Virus record (IMG/VR): IMGVR_UViG_3300008448_000053
Coordinates: 1-64,000 of that record
Length of the DNA stretch: 64,000 nucleotides
Origin: an uncultured virus (IMG/VR IMGVR_UViG_3300008448_000053)
Taxonomy: Duplodnaviria > Heunggongvirae > Uroviricota > Caudoviricetes
Direction: 5' to 3' (one strand)
The notes beneath the pieces are model-generated. The model ran no database searches. It worked only from the letters and a program-made list of their open reading frames with translations, and had not been told where the DNA came from. This document shows, in pieces, positions 33,124 to 42,658 of this stretch (positions within the stretch are counted from its first letter, which is position 1; the number at the start of each line of letters is the position of its first letter). The position numbers and the translations under genes are program-made.

Positions 33124-33938
33124 TAAAGAAGATTATACATATTTCTGATTTACATATCAGAACATTTCAATTACATGATCTATATAAAAGACAATTTGAA
33201 ATATTGATAGATGAACTTGCTAAAAAAGTTGTTGATTGGTATGATGATAATATTGGACCTTCTGATATAAGAATAGTTATCACGGGAGATATTGCACATC
33301 AAAAGATTAACATATCAAATGAACAATTAATGTTAACGAGTTGGTTTTTAAATGAATTAACTAAATTTGGTAAAGTTGTTATTATACCCGGCAACCACGA
33401 CTTCTTGGAAAACAACGTTCAACGATTAGATAGTATATCACCGGTTGTTGAATTATTAAAAAATGAATGGATTACATATTATAAAGATAGTGGTGAATAC
33501 GTTGATGATAATGTTAGTTGGATCGTATATTCTTTGTATCAACATAATCAAAGACCTGTATTCACAAAAGAAAAGGATCATTTTTATGTTGGTTTATTTC
33601 ACGGACCAATACAGGGGTTATCAACAGATTTGGGGTTTGAATTTGAAGATGCATATGACAGATTAAATTTTGTTGATCTTGATTTATTACTATGTGGAGA
33701 TATACATAAAAGACAACAATTCAAATTACCTAATGGTGGTAAGGCAATAATGGTTGGTAGTTTAATACAACAAAATTTTGGTGAAACAGTGAAACATCAT
33801 GGGTATGGTGTATATGATGTAGAAGAAGATAATTATGAATTTTTTGATCTACCAAATGAACAACCATTTCTACACTTTAAAATAAAAGACATTAAAGATA
33901 TTGAAAATGAAACCGAAGAACACGTTAATATTGGATGA
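33120..33938 (+). CDS. SbcD/Mre11-like metallophosphoesterase nuclease (gp47-like)
   Basis: SDLH, GDIAH, PGNHD, FHG, GDIH and GSLIQQNFGE motifs. Confidence 0.85.
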   Translation: MIKKIIHISDLHIRTFQLHDLYKRQFEILIDELAKKVVDWYDDNIGPSDIRIVITGDIAHQKINISNEQLMLTSWFLNELTKFGKVVIIPGNHDFLENNVQRLDSISPVVELLKNEWITYYKDSGEYVDDNVSWIVYSLYQHNQRPVFTKEKDHFYVGLFHGPIQGLSTDLGFEFEDAYDRLNFVDLDLLLCGDIHKRQQFKLPNGGKAIMVGSLIQQNFGETVKHHGYGVYDVEEDNYEFFDLPNEQPFLHFKIKDIKDIENETEEHVNIG

Positions 33939-34176
33939 TGAATTCATTCAATATTGTAAATTGAATAATATTAATGATGTGGTGAAATTCGCGAAACAAG
34001 TTTTCGAAAAAGGTTTTACAATTGTTAAATACGGTGAGTTACCTAAATCAATTCATCTAAATAAAGAATTGACTACTAAACCAGTATTAACATCCGAACC
34101 AGTATTAACATCCGAACCAAAAAGTGTGGAACCAATAATAATAAAAAAAGAAGTTAAAGATTTATATGACGAATAA
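33907..34176 (+). CDS. Hypothetical protein
   Basis: 89-aa ORF with an 18-nt tandem duplication (PVLTSE x2, ~34079-34118). Confidence 0.6.
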   Translation: MKPKNTLILDDEFIQYCKLNNINDVVKFAKQVFEKGFTIVKYGELPKSIHLNKELTTKPVLTSEPVLTSEPKSVEPIIIKKEVKDLYDE

Positions 34177-34243
34177 TCCGGCAATATTCTTTTTTTTATC
34201 GTTTTTTTTGTGTATAATTTATTGATTAAAAAAATTATAATTT

Positions 34244-34555
34244 ATGATGTATTTAATTTTTTGGATTTTTATGGCATATGGAATGACATCAATATTGGTA
34301 TGGGGATCCATTTTTGAATCTACAAGAGAATTTATTAAAAGAAATTCTGTTTTTTTTGGTGACTTAATTAGTTGTACTCTATGTACATCAACATGGGTCG
34401 GGTTTTTCTTGTCATTTTGTTTAGGTGGACTAACAACCAGATTATTTGAAATTCATTGGATACCATCAATATTTTTTGACGGTATGTTTACCGCAGGAGC
34501 CGTTTGGGCTATAAACTCAATCGTAGAATACTACGAAGAGAATAGACCAAAATGA
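34244..34555 (+). CDS. DUF1360-like small membrane protein
   Basis: Three hydrophobic segments and LISCTLCTSTWVG. Confidence 0.6.
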   Translation: MMYLIFWIFMAYGMTSILVWGSIFESTREFIKRNSVFFGDLISCTLCTSTWVGFFLSFCLGGLTTRLFEIHWIPSIFFDGMFTAGAVWAINSIVEYYEENRPK

Positions 34556-34559
34556 TAAG

Positions 34560-35072
34560 ATGGGATTCACTAAAAAAAGTTTGGATGACAGTTTAGTTAA
34601 AAATTTTGTCATCAAAATGATGAAGGATACATTTAACATAAATGTACACATAAATCCTGAACATAATAAAATTGATTTAATATGTGACGACGATCCTAAT
34701 TTTGGGATTGAGGTAGAACATGGTAAGTGGGAAAATAATTTTTGGAATAACGATTCCTATTCGTTAATAAGTGGTCAAGGATTTAGAACAATAAACATAC
34801 CAATAAGAAAACACAAATACTGGTTGGATGAACATAAAGGTAAACTAAATCCGAGAGCAGAAAAAAACATATTTATCAGAACAAATAAGGATTTTACACA
34901 ATTTATATTAATTAGACCCGAAACCGTAAGAGATAATAAAAAATTGTTAATAACTAGTTTTGTCCCAAGTAACACTAATTTATTGGAAGATTGGATGAGT
35001 TTTAGAAGGGAAGACGTGGAAACATATGATTTGATTGATGGTAAGTTTGTTTTAAATATTGTTGAAAACTAG
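34560..35072 (+). CDS. Hypothetical protein, possible PD-(D/E)XK-fold
   Basis: IDL...IEVEH pattern. Confidence 0.45.
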   Translation: MGFTKKSLDDSLVKNFVIKMMKDTFNINVHINPEHNKIDLICDDDPNFGIEVEHGKWENNFWNNDSYSLISGQGFRTINIPIRKHKYWLDEHKGKLNPRAEKNIFIRTNKDFTQFILIRPETVRDNKKLLITSFVPSNTNLLEDWMSFRREDVETYDLIDGKFVLNIVEN

Positions 35073-35097
35073 TTTTTAGAAAGACTTATAATATTAC

Positions 35098-35105
35098 TAT
35101 TTTTG
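35098..35105 (+). promoter_or_regulatory. Bacteroidota-type -7 element TATTTTTG
   Basis: Matches TAnnTTTG; TTTA lies 19 nt upstream; precedes sbcC-like gene. Confidence 0.45.
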
Positions 35106-35124
35106 AATTAATAACAATTTATTG

Positions 35125-37461
35125 ATGAATAACCCTTTTATAAAGGTTGAATGGGAGGATACACCCGAAAACTTAACACAAGAAAGAATAAAGAGAGTCA
35201 AGTCGTATTTTGAAAAAAAATACAACTCAACAAACGTAAAGATCGTAACTAAGATACTGTCTAATAATTCAAAAACAAAATTGAAATCACTAGATGTTAG
35301 TGACAGTATTTTGGATTATCAAAATCAAAAAAACTTAATTAAAGATTTTATTCAAGATAATAAAATAGATATTAAGTGGGAGATGATAAATAGATTAGAT
35401 GATCGCGTTAATGGTGAAATTGATAAATTAAATCAAAACAGAGTTAGGTATAATAAATGGCATATAAAGAAATTGGAATTTTCAAATTTTCTATCTTTTG
35501 GACAAGACAATGTTATTGATTTCGACAATCTTGATGGTATTACTGTTATTGAATCTACACCGAGAAACTTTGGTGGTAAAACCACATCAACAGTTGACTT
35601 ATTGATGTTCTTATTTTTTAATTCAACAACGAAAACAAAAACAAATATAGAAATTTTTAATAAATTCACTGATGTTGATGAAGTTAATGTTAAAGGTTAC
35701 GTATCTATTGACGGAGAAGATTATATAATTTCTAGAATTGTTTCAAGAAAGAAAAGTAAATCAGGTGAATATACAGTAAAAAATGATTTGGAATTTTCTA
35801 AAATAGAAAAGGATGGCAGTATTATCAATTTATCTGGTGAACAAAGAAGAGAAACTGAAATTATTATAACTTCGGCAATCGGTACTGAAGAGGACTTCCT
35901 TTCTACAATATTAACAACCGGCAACAACTTAGAAGAGTTGATTGAATCCAAACCAACTGCAAGAGGACAAATACTTACAAAATTTTTAGGTCTTGAAAGT
36001 TTAAAACATAAAGAAGAAATATGTAAAAACATTTATAATGATTGGTCTAAAAAATTAATATCAAATACAAACAATATCGTTGATTTAGAAGATAAGAATA
36101 AAAAAAATCGTGAGGAAATTGACTCTTCAAATTCCGAAATCGATAAACTGGAAAAGGATCTTAAAAATACTAATAAGAAATTAAAAAAATTAGACGATCA
36201 AAAAGAAGAGGTTCTTAAAAGAAGAAACAATGATGTTGATCAAGAATTAATTAAAATAAATCCCGATACTTTAGTTAAAGAAATTTCAGAATTAAAATTA
36301 AAAAAACAAAACACACAGAAACTTGCTGACGAAGTCAATGTTAAAGAACCATCAGAATATTACCTTGAAGATGAACATGAAACATTAAAAAGAGAAATAA
36401 ATGATTTAATCGTTAAGATTAAATTAGATGGTGGTACAATTGATAAAGATGAAAAATTAATTAAACAATTTGAAGAAGGAACTATATGTCCAACATGTAG
36501 TAGACCCCTTGAAGATGTTGACCATACCGAGGAAATTGAAAATTTAAGGAAAAAGATTAATGAGTTAAAAGATGAACTTAAAAAATCAGAAGAAAAGTTA
36601 AATGGGTTGAAGGAATCTGAATCTGTTTTTAATAATTTAAAAACGGAGTATGATGAATATGAGAAAAATAAACTTCGTAGGGCCAAATACGAATTAGAGT
36701 GTGAACAGAAACAATTAGAAATAGATTCAAAAGAAAAAAAATTAGAAGTATACGAAAGCAATAAAAGTAAACTTGAGGAAAATAAAAAAATAGATTCTGA
36801 AATTATTAATTTGAGAACTCAGATCGAAAGTACTAATGGTGAAATAAGACAAATCACCACAAGTATTGAAAGACATGGAAACAACATTAAGAATTTAGAA
36901 GAGAAGATAACAATTAATGATGATTTAATTAAAAAAATTAAATCAGAAGAAGAATTGATATCTGTCTTTAAAACTTACTTAACAATATATGGTAAAAACG
37001 GTATATCAAAAGTTATCATAAAAAATATGATACCATTATTGAATCAGGAATTACATAGGTTATTGTCAGATAGTTGTTACTTTACTTTGGAGTTGAATAT
37101 TAACGATAAAAACGAGTTAGAATTCCTAATGATCGATAATGAAACAAGAGTCGTTAAACCTCTATCAAGTGGATCTGGTTACGAAAAAACAATATCATCA
37201 CTTGCAATTAGGAGTGTTCTTACAAAGGTATCGTCTTTACCTAAACCAAATATTGTTGTGATGGATGAAGTATTTGGTAAAATTGCTGACGATAATTTAG
37301 AAATGGTTGGTGAATTTTTTAAGAAGATTAAAAATTATTTTGAACACATATTTGTTATCTCACATAACCCATTGATTAGAAATTGGTCCGATAACATCAT
37401 TATGATTAAAAAAGATGAAAACATTTCTTCCATAGATTACATAACAACAAAAATTTCTTAA
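35125..37461 (+). CDS. SbcC/Rad50-like ATPase (gp46-like) with N-terminal extension
   Basis: FSNFLSFG, Walker A NFGGKTT, coiled coil with CPTC hook, SGYEK signature, Walker B VVMDEVFG and ISH. Confidence 0.9.
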   Translation: MNNPFIKVEWEDTPENLTQERIKRVKSYFEKKYNSTNVKIVTKILSNNSKTKLKSLDVSDSILDYQNQKNLIKDFIQDNKIDIKWEMINRLDDRVNGEIDKLNQNRVRYNKWHIKKLEFSNFLSFGQDNVIDFDNLDGITVIESTPRNFGGKTTSTVDLLMFLFFNSTTKTKTNIEIFNKFTDVDEVNVKGYVSIDGEDYIISRIVSRKKSKSGEYTVKNDLEFSKIEKDGSIINLSGEQRRETEIIITSAIGTEEDFLSTILTTGNNLEELIESKPTARGQILTKFLGLESLKHKEEICKNIYNDWSKKLISNTNNIVDLEDKNKKNREEIDSSNSEIDKLEKDLKNTNKKLKKLDDQKEEVLKRRNNDVDQELIKINPDTLVKEISELKLKKQNTQKLADEVNVKEPSEYYLEDEHETLKREINDLIVKIKLDGGTIDKDEKLIKQFEEGTICPTCSRPLEDVDHTEEIENLRKKINELKDELKKSEEKLNGLKESESVFNNLKTEYDEYEKNKLRRAKYELECEQKQLEIDSKEKKLEVYESNKSKLEENKKIDSEIINLRTQIESTNGEIRQITTSIERHGNNIKNLEEKITINDDLIKKIKSEEELISVFKTYLTIYGKNGISKVIIKNMIPLLNQELHRLLSDSCYFTLELNINDKNELEFLMIDNETRVVKPLSSGSGYEKTISSLAIRSVLTKVSSLPKPNIVVMDEVFGKIADDNLEMVGEFFKKIKNYFEHIFVISHNPLIRNWSDNIIMIKKDENISSIDYITTKIS

Positions 37462-37466
37462 CATTT

Positions 37467-37497
37467 TTTGTATACTAGACATTATTACTTAATTTTG
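37467..37497 (+). promoter_or_regulatory. Bacteroidota housekeeping promoter (-33 TTTG / -7 TAATTTTG)
   Basis: TTTG 37467-37470, 19-nt spacer, TAATTTTG 37490-37497, upstream of clpP. Confidence 0.6.
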
Positions 37498-37510
37498 AAA
37501 AAAATAAAAT

Positions 37511-38185
37511 ATGACACCAAAAGACTTAAAAAATTTCGGTTTATTTGCCAAAGATCACGGTATCGGTTCATTAAAAATGGACTACTATAACAAAAGAATA
37601 GAAAATAGTTTAACCCCCTACATTCTCGAGGAAAGACAAATGAATGTTACCGCAATGGATGTCTTTTCAAGATTAATGATGGAACGTATCATATGGGTTG
37701 CTGGTGAGGTAAATGATCACATGTCCACAATTGTCCAAGCACAACTTATGTTTTTGGATAGTATAGATTATAATGACATAACCATGCATATTGATAGTCC
37801 AGGTGGTAGTGTTAAATCTGGGTTATCAATGGTTGATGTTATGAATTATATTAAGTCCGACATTAGAACTATTAATACGGGAATGGCCGCATCAATGGGG
37901 TCAGTATTATTAGGGGCGGGAACCAAAGGGAAAAGAGGTTCTTTGGAGAACTCCGAAACAATGTTACACCAATCTAGTGGTGGTTTCAGAGGTAATATTC
38001 AAGATGCTGAGATAGACATGAAACAATGGAAGAGATTAAATGATAAATTGTTTGAATTACTTGGGGAATATTGTGGAAAGACTGCAGATCAGATAAAAAC
38101 TGACACAATAAGGGATTTGTGGTTGTCTTCAGAAGAGGCTTTGGAGTATGGTATCATTGATGAAATCGTCAAAAAGAAAAAGTAA
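37511..38185 (+). CDS. clpP: ATP-dependent Clp protease proteolytic subunit
   Basis: DVFSRLMMERII, IDSPGGSV, GMAASMGS, MLHQ and EALEYGIIDEI. Confidence 0.95.
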   Translation: MTPKDLKNFGLFAKDHGIGSLKMDYYNKRIENSLTPYILEERQMNVTAMDVFSRLMMERIIWVAGEVNDHMSTIVQAQLMFLDSIDYNDITMHIDSPGGSVKSGLSMVDVMNYIKSDIRTINTGMAASMGSVLLGAGTKGKRGSLENSETMLHQSSGGFRGNIQDAEIDMKQWKRLNDKLFELLGEYCGKTADQIKTDTIRDLWLSSEEALEYGIIDEIVKKKK

Positions 38186-38220
38186 AAATCTCATTTTTGT
38201 GTATTTATTTATAAAAAAAC

Positions 38221-38850
38221 ATGAGAAATTTATTAAAATTAGATTTTAAGACATTACTAATTGCGGTTTTAATTATTGTTATATTATTGTTGAAGATGTG
38301 TACACCCAAACCTCAACCAAAACCCGGTGAAATAATAAAAGTAGATGGTAAAAAGTATGAGGTCATTAAAAGAATAAGGGACACACAGTATATAACAAAA
38401 ACACAGACAATATATAAACAAGGTGAAACAATATATGTTGAAAAACCAATTTATGTTGACGTACCTAGTAATGTTGATACTGGAGAAATTTTAAAAGATT
38501 ACTTCGCTAAATACATTTATAAAGATACTATTAAACTTGAAGATAGTTTGGGAACAGTTCAAATTACTGATACAATACAGAAAAATAAAATTGTTTCTAG
38601 GACTTTTAAGTCTAACATAAATCAGGTTCATGTACGTGATAGTATCATTGTAAAAGAGTTACCAAAACCTCAACTTTATGTTGGTGGTCAGATCGGGGCA
38701 GATAGAAGAGTTGGTTTTAATTATTTTGGACCTACCTTAGTGTTGAAAACCAAAACAGATCACATGTATAGTTTGGGTATCGGGTTAAATAATAACTTTA
38801 CCACATCTATACAGGCGGGAATTTATTGGAAGATTAAGTTAAAAAAATAA
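38221..38850 (+). CDS. Membrane-anchored protein with a C-terminal beta-rich segment (spanin-like candidate)
   Basis: N-terminal hydrophobic helix ending in Cys; C-terminal alternating Gly/aromatic strands ending GIYWKI. Confidence 0.45.
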   Translation: MRNLLKLDFKTLLIAVLIIVILLLKMCTPKPQPKPGEIIKVDGKKYEVIKRIRDTQYITKTQTIYKQGETIYVEKPIYVDVPSNVDTGEILKDYFAKYIYKDTIKLEDSLGTVQITDTIQKNKIVSRTFKSNINQVHVRDSIIVKELPKPQLYVGGQIGADRRVGFNYFGPTLVLKTKTDHMYSLGIGLNNNFTTSIQAGIYWKIKLKK

Positions 38851-38916
38851 CTGAAATAATTTCCCATTTTCATTTTTTTTGTTTATATTTTATAACGTAA
38901 AACGTATACCATTACT

Positions 38917-39732
38917 ATGCAACTAAAAAAGTCGATTGCACCGAACACGGAAGAATTACAATCCTACATTAAAGACCTTAAAAAGATTCCTGTAATCAGT
39001 CATGAAAGACAAGAAGAAATCTTCGAAACTTTAAAAGACAAAAACTTATCTAAAAACGAAAGAGGAAAATTATTAAATGAGTTGGTTGTAGGTAATCTTA
39101 GATTTGTTATTTCCGTTGCTAAAATGTATCAAAATCAAGGATTGGAATTACTTGATTTAATTTCAGAAGGTAATATAGGTTTAATAAAAGCAGCAGAAAG
39201 GTTCGACCCAACAAGTGGATTTAAATTCATATCTTATGCTGTTTGGTGGGTTAAACAATCTATTTTAGCGTCGTTAAATGAAAATTCAAGAACTATACGT
39301 ATTCCATCAAATGTTATTCAAGAAACACAGAAACAGAAAAAAAACGTAGAACACGACGAAGATATGTTTTTGGTCAAAAATAACGATAACTTTATTGATG
39401 TTAGTATACCTTATTGTATTAGTTTGAACAGTGAGATAAATGAAGACGGCGACCAAATAATTGATATTGTACCAAATAAAAATGCCGATAATCCTGAAAA
39501 TTCTTTAAACACAAAAGAAGAAATCAAAAAAAAGGTTTCATTGATGTTAAGTGTTTTAGATGATAGAGAAAAAACAATAATCGAAAGATATTATGGTTTA
39601 ACCGGTGTCGAATCTAATTTGGATGACTTGGGAGAACAATTCGGATGTACAAAAGAAAGAATAAGACAACTAAGAGATAAAGCAATAAAAAAATTAAGAA
39701 ATGAGAGTTATTCTCTATTTAACTATTTATAA
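38917..39732 (+). CDS. RNA polymerase sigma-70 family factor (regions 1.2-4, no region 1.1)
   Basis: NLRFVISVAK.YQNQG...DLISEGNIGLIKAAERFD...FKFISYAVWW and TKERIRQ helix-turn-helix. Confidence 0.92.
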   Translation: MQLKKSIAPNTEELQSYIKDLKKIPVISHERQEEIFETLKDKNLSKNERGKLLNELVVGNLRFVISVAKMYQNQGLELLDLISEGNIGLIKAAERFDPTSGFKFISYAVWWVKQSILASLNENSRTIRIPSNVIQETQKQKKNVEHDEDMFLVKNNDNFIDVSIPYCISLNSEINEDGDQIIDIVPNKNADNPENSLNTKEEIKKKVSLMLSVLDDREKTIIERYYGLTGVESNLDDLGEQFGCTKERIRQLRDKAIKKLRNESYSLFNYL

Positions 39733-39742
39733 ATAAAAAAAT

Positions 39743-40030
39743 ATGAAAAAGTTTATCGAAGAAAAATTTACAATTATTGTATTTGTGATTATGTTATTAT
39801 CATTCTTTAAAAGTTGTGGTGATAGTAGAGAGATTAGTAAAATCAGAAAAGAAATGAAAGAACTAAAAGATTCTACTTACAATAAAAAGGAGTTGGATTT
39901 AAGATTACAAATCGAAGGTCTTAAATCTGAAAAGAGAATGATACAATCAACTGATCGTAAAATTTTGGACGTTAATAGACAAACACAAATTGATCAGGAA
40001 ATCACAACTCTTGAAGGTAAATTAAAATAA
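39743..40030 (+). CDS. Small membrane-anchored coiled-coil protein
   Basis: N-terminal transmembrane segment ending KSCG, followed by a charged helix. Confidence 0.6.
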   Translation: MKKFIEEKFTIIVFVIMLLSFFKSCGDSREISKIRKEMKELKDSTYNKKELDLRLQIEGLKSEKRMIQSTDRKILDVNRQTQIDQEITTLEGKLK

Positions 40031-40034
40031 TATT

Positions 40035-41123
40035 ATGAAGAATTGGATAAGTAAAAATTATAAACTTTTGATCATTGGTGCCTTTTTGGTACCAATTTTC
40101 ACAGTTGCGTTAGTTTCAATTTCACACGTAACTAAATGGTACGGAATATCTAATCCGGTTAGTTGGGCAATATATCTTTCAATAGGTATTGAAATTGCTG
40201 CGTTATCTACACTTGCAGCCATTTCTGCTGATATGGGTAAAAAAGTATATTTCCCATTCGGGTTAGTTACATTAGTACAATTTATTGGTAATATTTATTT
40301 TGCCTATTCCTTTATTGATATAGATAGTAAATCTTTTAAAGATTGGATAGAACTCGTCTCCCCAATGGTTGAGTTTATGGGTGTAGATAACACCGATCTA
40401 GTTGGTCATAAAAGATTTTTGGCGTTTTTTGCTGGAGGTATGCTTCCCATCATTTCGTTATCGTTTCTTCATATGTTAGTTAAATTTACTGAAGAAGATA
40501 GAAAAAAAACACAGACACTTGAACCTGTTGTTGATATAGAAAAAATAAGTAGGGAGGCGGCTATTATCGAAGCGGAAAAGGAATTAAGTGAAAAATACAC
40601 ACCAACAGAAGAAGAACTACAAAAAATTGAAGAATTTATAACAAAAAAAAGTAAAGAAAATAAAATAAATAATTCTGATGGCGACAATAAAAAAACTGAA
40701 AAAACAGACAATGAAATTGTAAATGATAAAAAAAGAATAAAGAATTCAAAAGATGAAAGTGAAGGTGATTCATTAAAAAATGAAATAAAAAATAACTCAA
40801 ATAATGAATATGTGCACGAACATGAACGTGAAGATATTAGTGATGGTGATTTAATTCATCAAAGCACAAAAAAAGAAGAACAAAATTATTCCACTATAGA
40901 GCCCACTGAACGTTCTGAAAGTGAAGAATTTTCCACTATAGAATCAAAAGAGGAAAATATTTTCCAAGAAAATAAAAATATTGATCAAGTAGAAGAAATA
41001 GAATCTGAATCAAATGAAAATAATTTTATAGATAGAGAAGAACAAAAAATTGAAGAACAAGTTCAAAATGAAAATATACCACAGTCTAAATTAATAGAAG
41101 AAGAGGAAGAAAAAAAAAATTAG
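40035..41123 (+). CDS. Four-TM membrane protein with acidic tail; extended to 41575 by a -1 frameshift
   Basis: Four hydrophobic segments, then an E/N/K-rich tail ending GAA AAA AAA AAT TAG. Confidence 0.75.
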   Translation: MKNWISKNYKLLIIGAFLVPIFTVALVSISHVTKWYGISNPVSWAIYLSIGIEIAALSTLAAISADMGKKVYFPFGLVTLVQFIGNIYFAYSFIDIDSKSFKDWIELVSPMVEFMGVDNTDLVGHKRFLAFFAGGMLPIISLSFLHMLVKFTEEDRKKTQTLEPVVDIEKISREAAIIEAEKELSEKYTPTEEELQKIEEFITKKSKENKINNSDGDNKKTEKTDNEIVNDKKRIKNSKDESEGDSLKNEIKNNSNNEYVHEHEREDISDGDLIHQSTKKEEQNYSTIEPTERSESEEFSTIESKEENIFQENKNIDQVEEIESESNENNFIDREEQKIEEQVQNENIPQSKLIEEEEEKKN

Positions 41124-41575
41124 AAAACCAAATAGAGAATTCAACAAAGTTAGAAAATAATGAAACGATAGAAAAAAAAGATCAAATTATTGAAGAAGAA
41201 ATTATCAATAATCAAATTCAGGATGAAACAAACGATAATTTAAATAACGAAAAAGAAATTGATCCTAAAATCGAAGAAATCCAAGAAGAAGTTAAAGAAA
41301 CCTTATCTGAAAATAAAGTTGAGGAAATCCAAGAAGAAAAAAATACGGAAAACTTAATTCAAGAAGACATTACTCAATCTGAAATTAAAGAAAACGATTC
41401 AAATCCTATTGACAATAAGATTGATGATATGAAATTTACTAACGAGGGCACACATATACCATATTATTATAGTTATGGACCAAATAAAAATGGAGAAGAT
41501 CCAAACAATAACGGAGGTACAGTAAAAAAAGTGTTAAGAAATGTTAATAATTCACAACGTAGAAAATTTAGATAA
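41120..41575 (+). CDS. -1 frame continuation (151 codons) of 40035..41123
   Basis: Stop-free frame LENQIENSTKLENNETIEKKDQIIEEE...RRKFR* with the same composition, starting right after the A10 run at 41110-41119. Confidence 0.7.
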   Translation, partial: LENQIENSTKLENNETIEKKDQIIEEEIINNQIQDETNDNLNNEKEIDPKIEEIQEEVKETLSENKVEEIQEEKNTENLIQEDITQSEIKENDSNPIDNKIDDMKFTNEGTHIPYYYSYGPNKNGEDPNNNGGTVKKVLRNVNNSQRRKFR

Positions 41576-42164
41576 TTCGAAAATTAATATAATTAGAAAA
41601 AAAACGAAAAAAAGTCAAATTCTACTTTATGATACCAAAAGAAGAGTAGATGATTTCATAAATAAAATAAGATATCGTAAAAATGGGGCATATGAAGATG
41701 TGCCCCATTTTGTTGTCTCTAAATTAGGTATGGTATATCAAATTTTTGACACAAATTATAGTTCAAGAACATTTAAAGACGATAAATTAGATAAAAAAAT
41801 AATAAAAATAGCAATTGAAAATCTTGGGTGGTTAAATAAAAATACAATAAATGGGTTTTTAAATAATTGGATCGGAGACCCATATAGATCTGAACCGTTC
41901 GTTAAAAATTGGAGAAACCACTATTTTTGGGACAAATATAACGACGATCAATTATCTGTCCTTTCCGAATTATGTGAAAAACTATGTGATAATCACGGTA
42001 TAAATAAACAAATAGTACCCTCACAAGGATTTTTTAATAATGCTCGAAATTTTAGGGGGATAACATGTAAATCGAATTTTTCAGATATTTATACAGATAT
42101 AAACCCTTCATTTAACTTTAATATATTTTTTAAAAATGCAGAACAAACAAATGTCAAATTATGA
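41541..42164 (+). CDS. N-acetylmuramoyl-L-alanine amidase (Amidase_2/PGRP)-like protein, Zn ligands apparently degenerate
   Basis: PHFVVSKLGMVYQ, IAIENLG, Y..DQL..L..L and DINP motifs; YDT replaces the usual HHT. Confidence 0.6.
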   Translation: MLIIHNVENLDNSKINIIRKKTKKSQILLYDTKRRVDDFINKIRYRKNGAYEDVPHFVVSKLGMVYQIFDTNYSSRTFKDDKLDKKIIKIAIENLGWLNKNTINGFLNNWIGDPYRSEPFVKNWRNHYFWDKYNDDQLSVLSELCEKLCDNHGINKQIVPSQGFFNNARNFRGITCKSNFSDIYTDINPSFNFNIFFKNAEQTNVKL

Positions 42165-42657
42165 TCAGACAAAGAAAATGTTAAACACATTGAGGAGAAT
42201 CAATGAAAGTAATAAAATTTATGGTAACATTTTAAGAGAAGATGAACAAGAAATACCTACCGTAGATAATAATACCGATACTCAGGATGATATAACAGTT
42301 ATAAATGATGTTGACGTTAAAATAGTTTCTTCTGATGAAATTGATATGAAAATTTCTGAAGAAGATAAGACCTCAATATCGGGATTAATTGATAATTTTA
42401 AATCACAAGTTTCAAATTTAGTTGAATTTGATCCGGGTTTAACAATTACACAAGAACAAATAAGATTGGATGGTACGGTAACGGATCAAGATATTGATTT
42501 TGTATTTATTGCGGGTGATGAAAATGGACTTTATTTGAATGCAGATATGTTAAAAGTTGAGACAGATGTGATAGAAATCATAACAAAGTTGGAAAAGTTT
42601 AATGAGACATTTTCAACCACAATGAATGAAATAATTAGAAAAAGAAAAAATAATTAA
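42151..42657 (+). CDS. Hypothetical acidic protein (possible head-internal protein)
   Basis: ORF with INE and LRE motifs near the N-terminus; start could be 42136. Confidence 0.55.
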   Translation: MSNYDQTKKMLNTLRRINESNKIYGNILREDEQEIPTVDNNTDTQDDITVINDVDVKIVSSDEIDMKISEEDKTSISGLIDNFKSQVSNLVEFDPGLTITQEQIRLDGTVTDQDIDFVFIAGDENGLYLNADMLKVETDVIEIITKLEKFNETFSTTMNEIIRKRKNN

Positions 42658-42658
42658 G

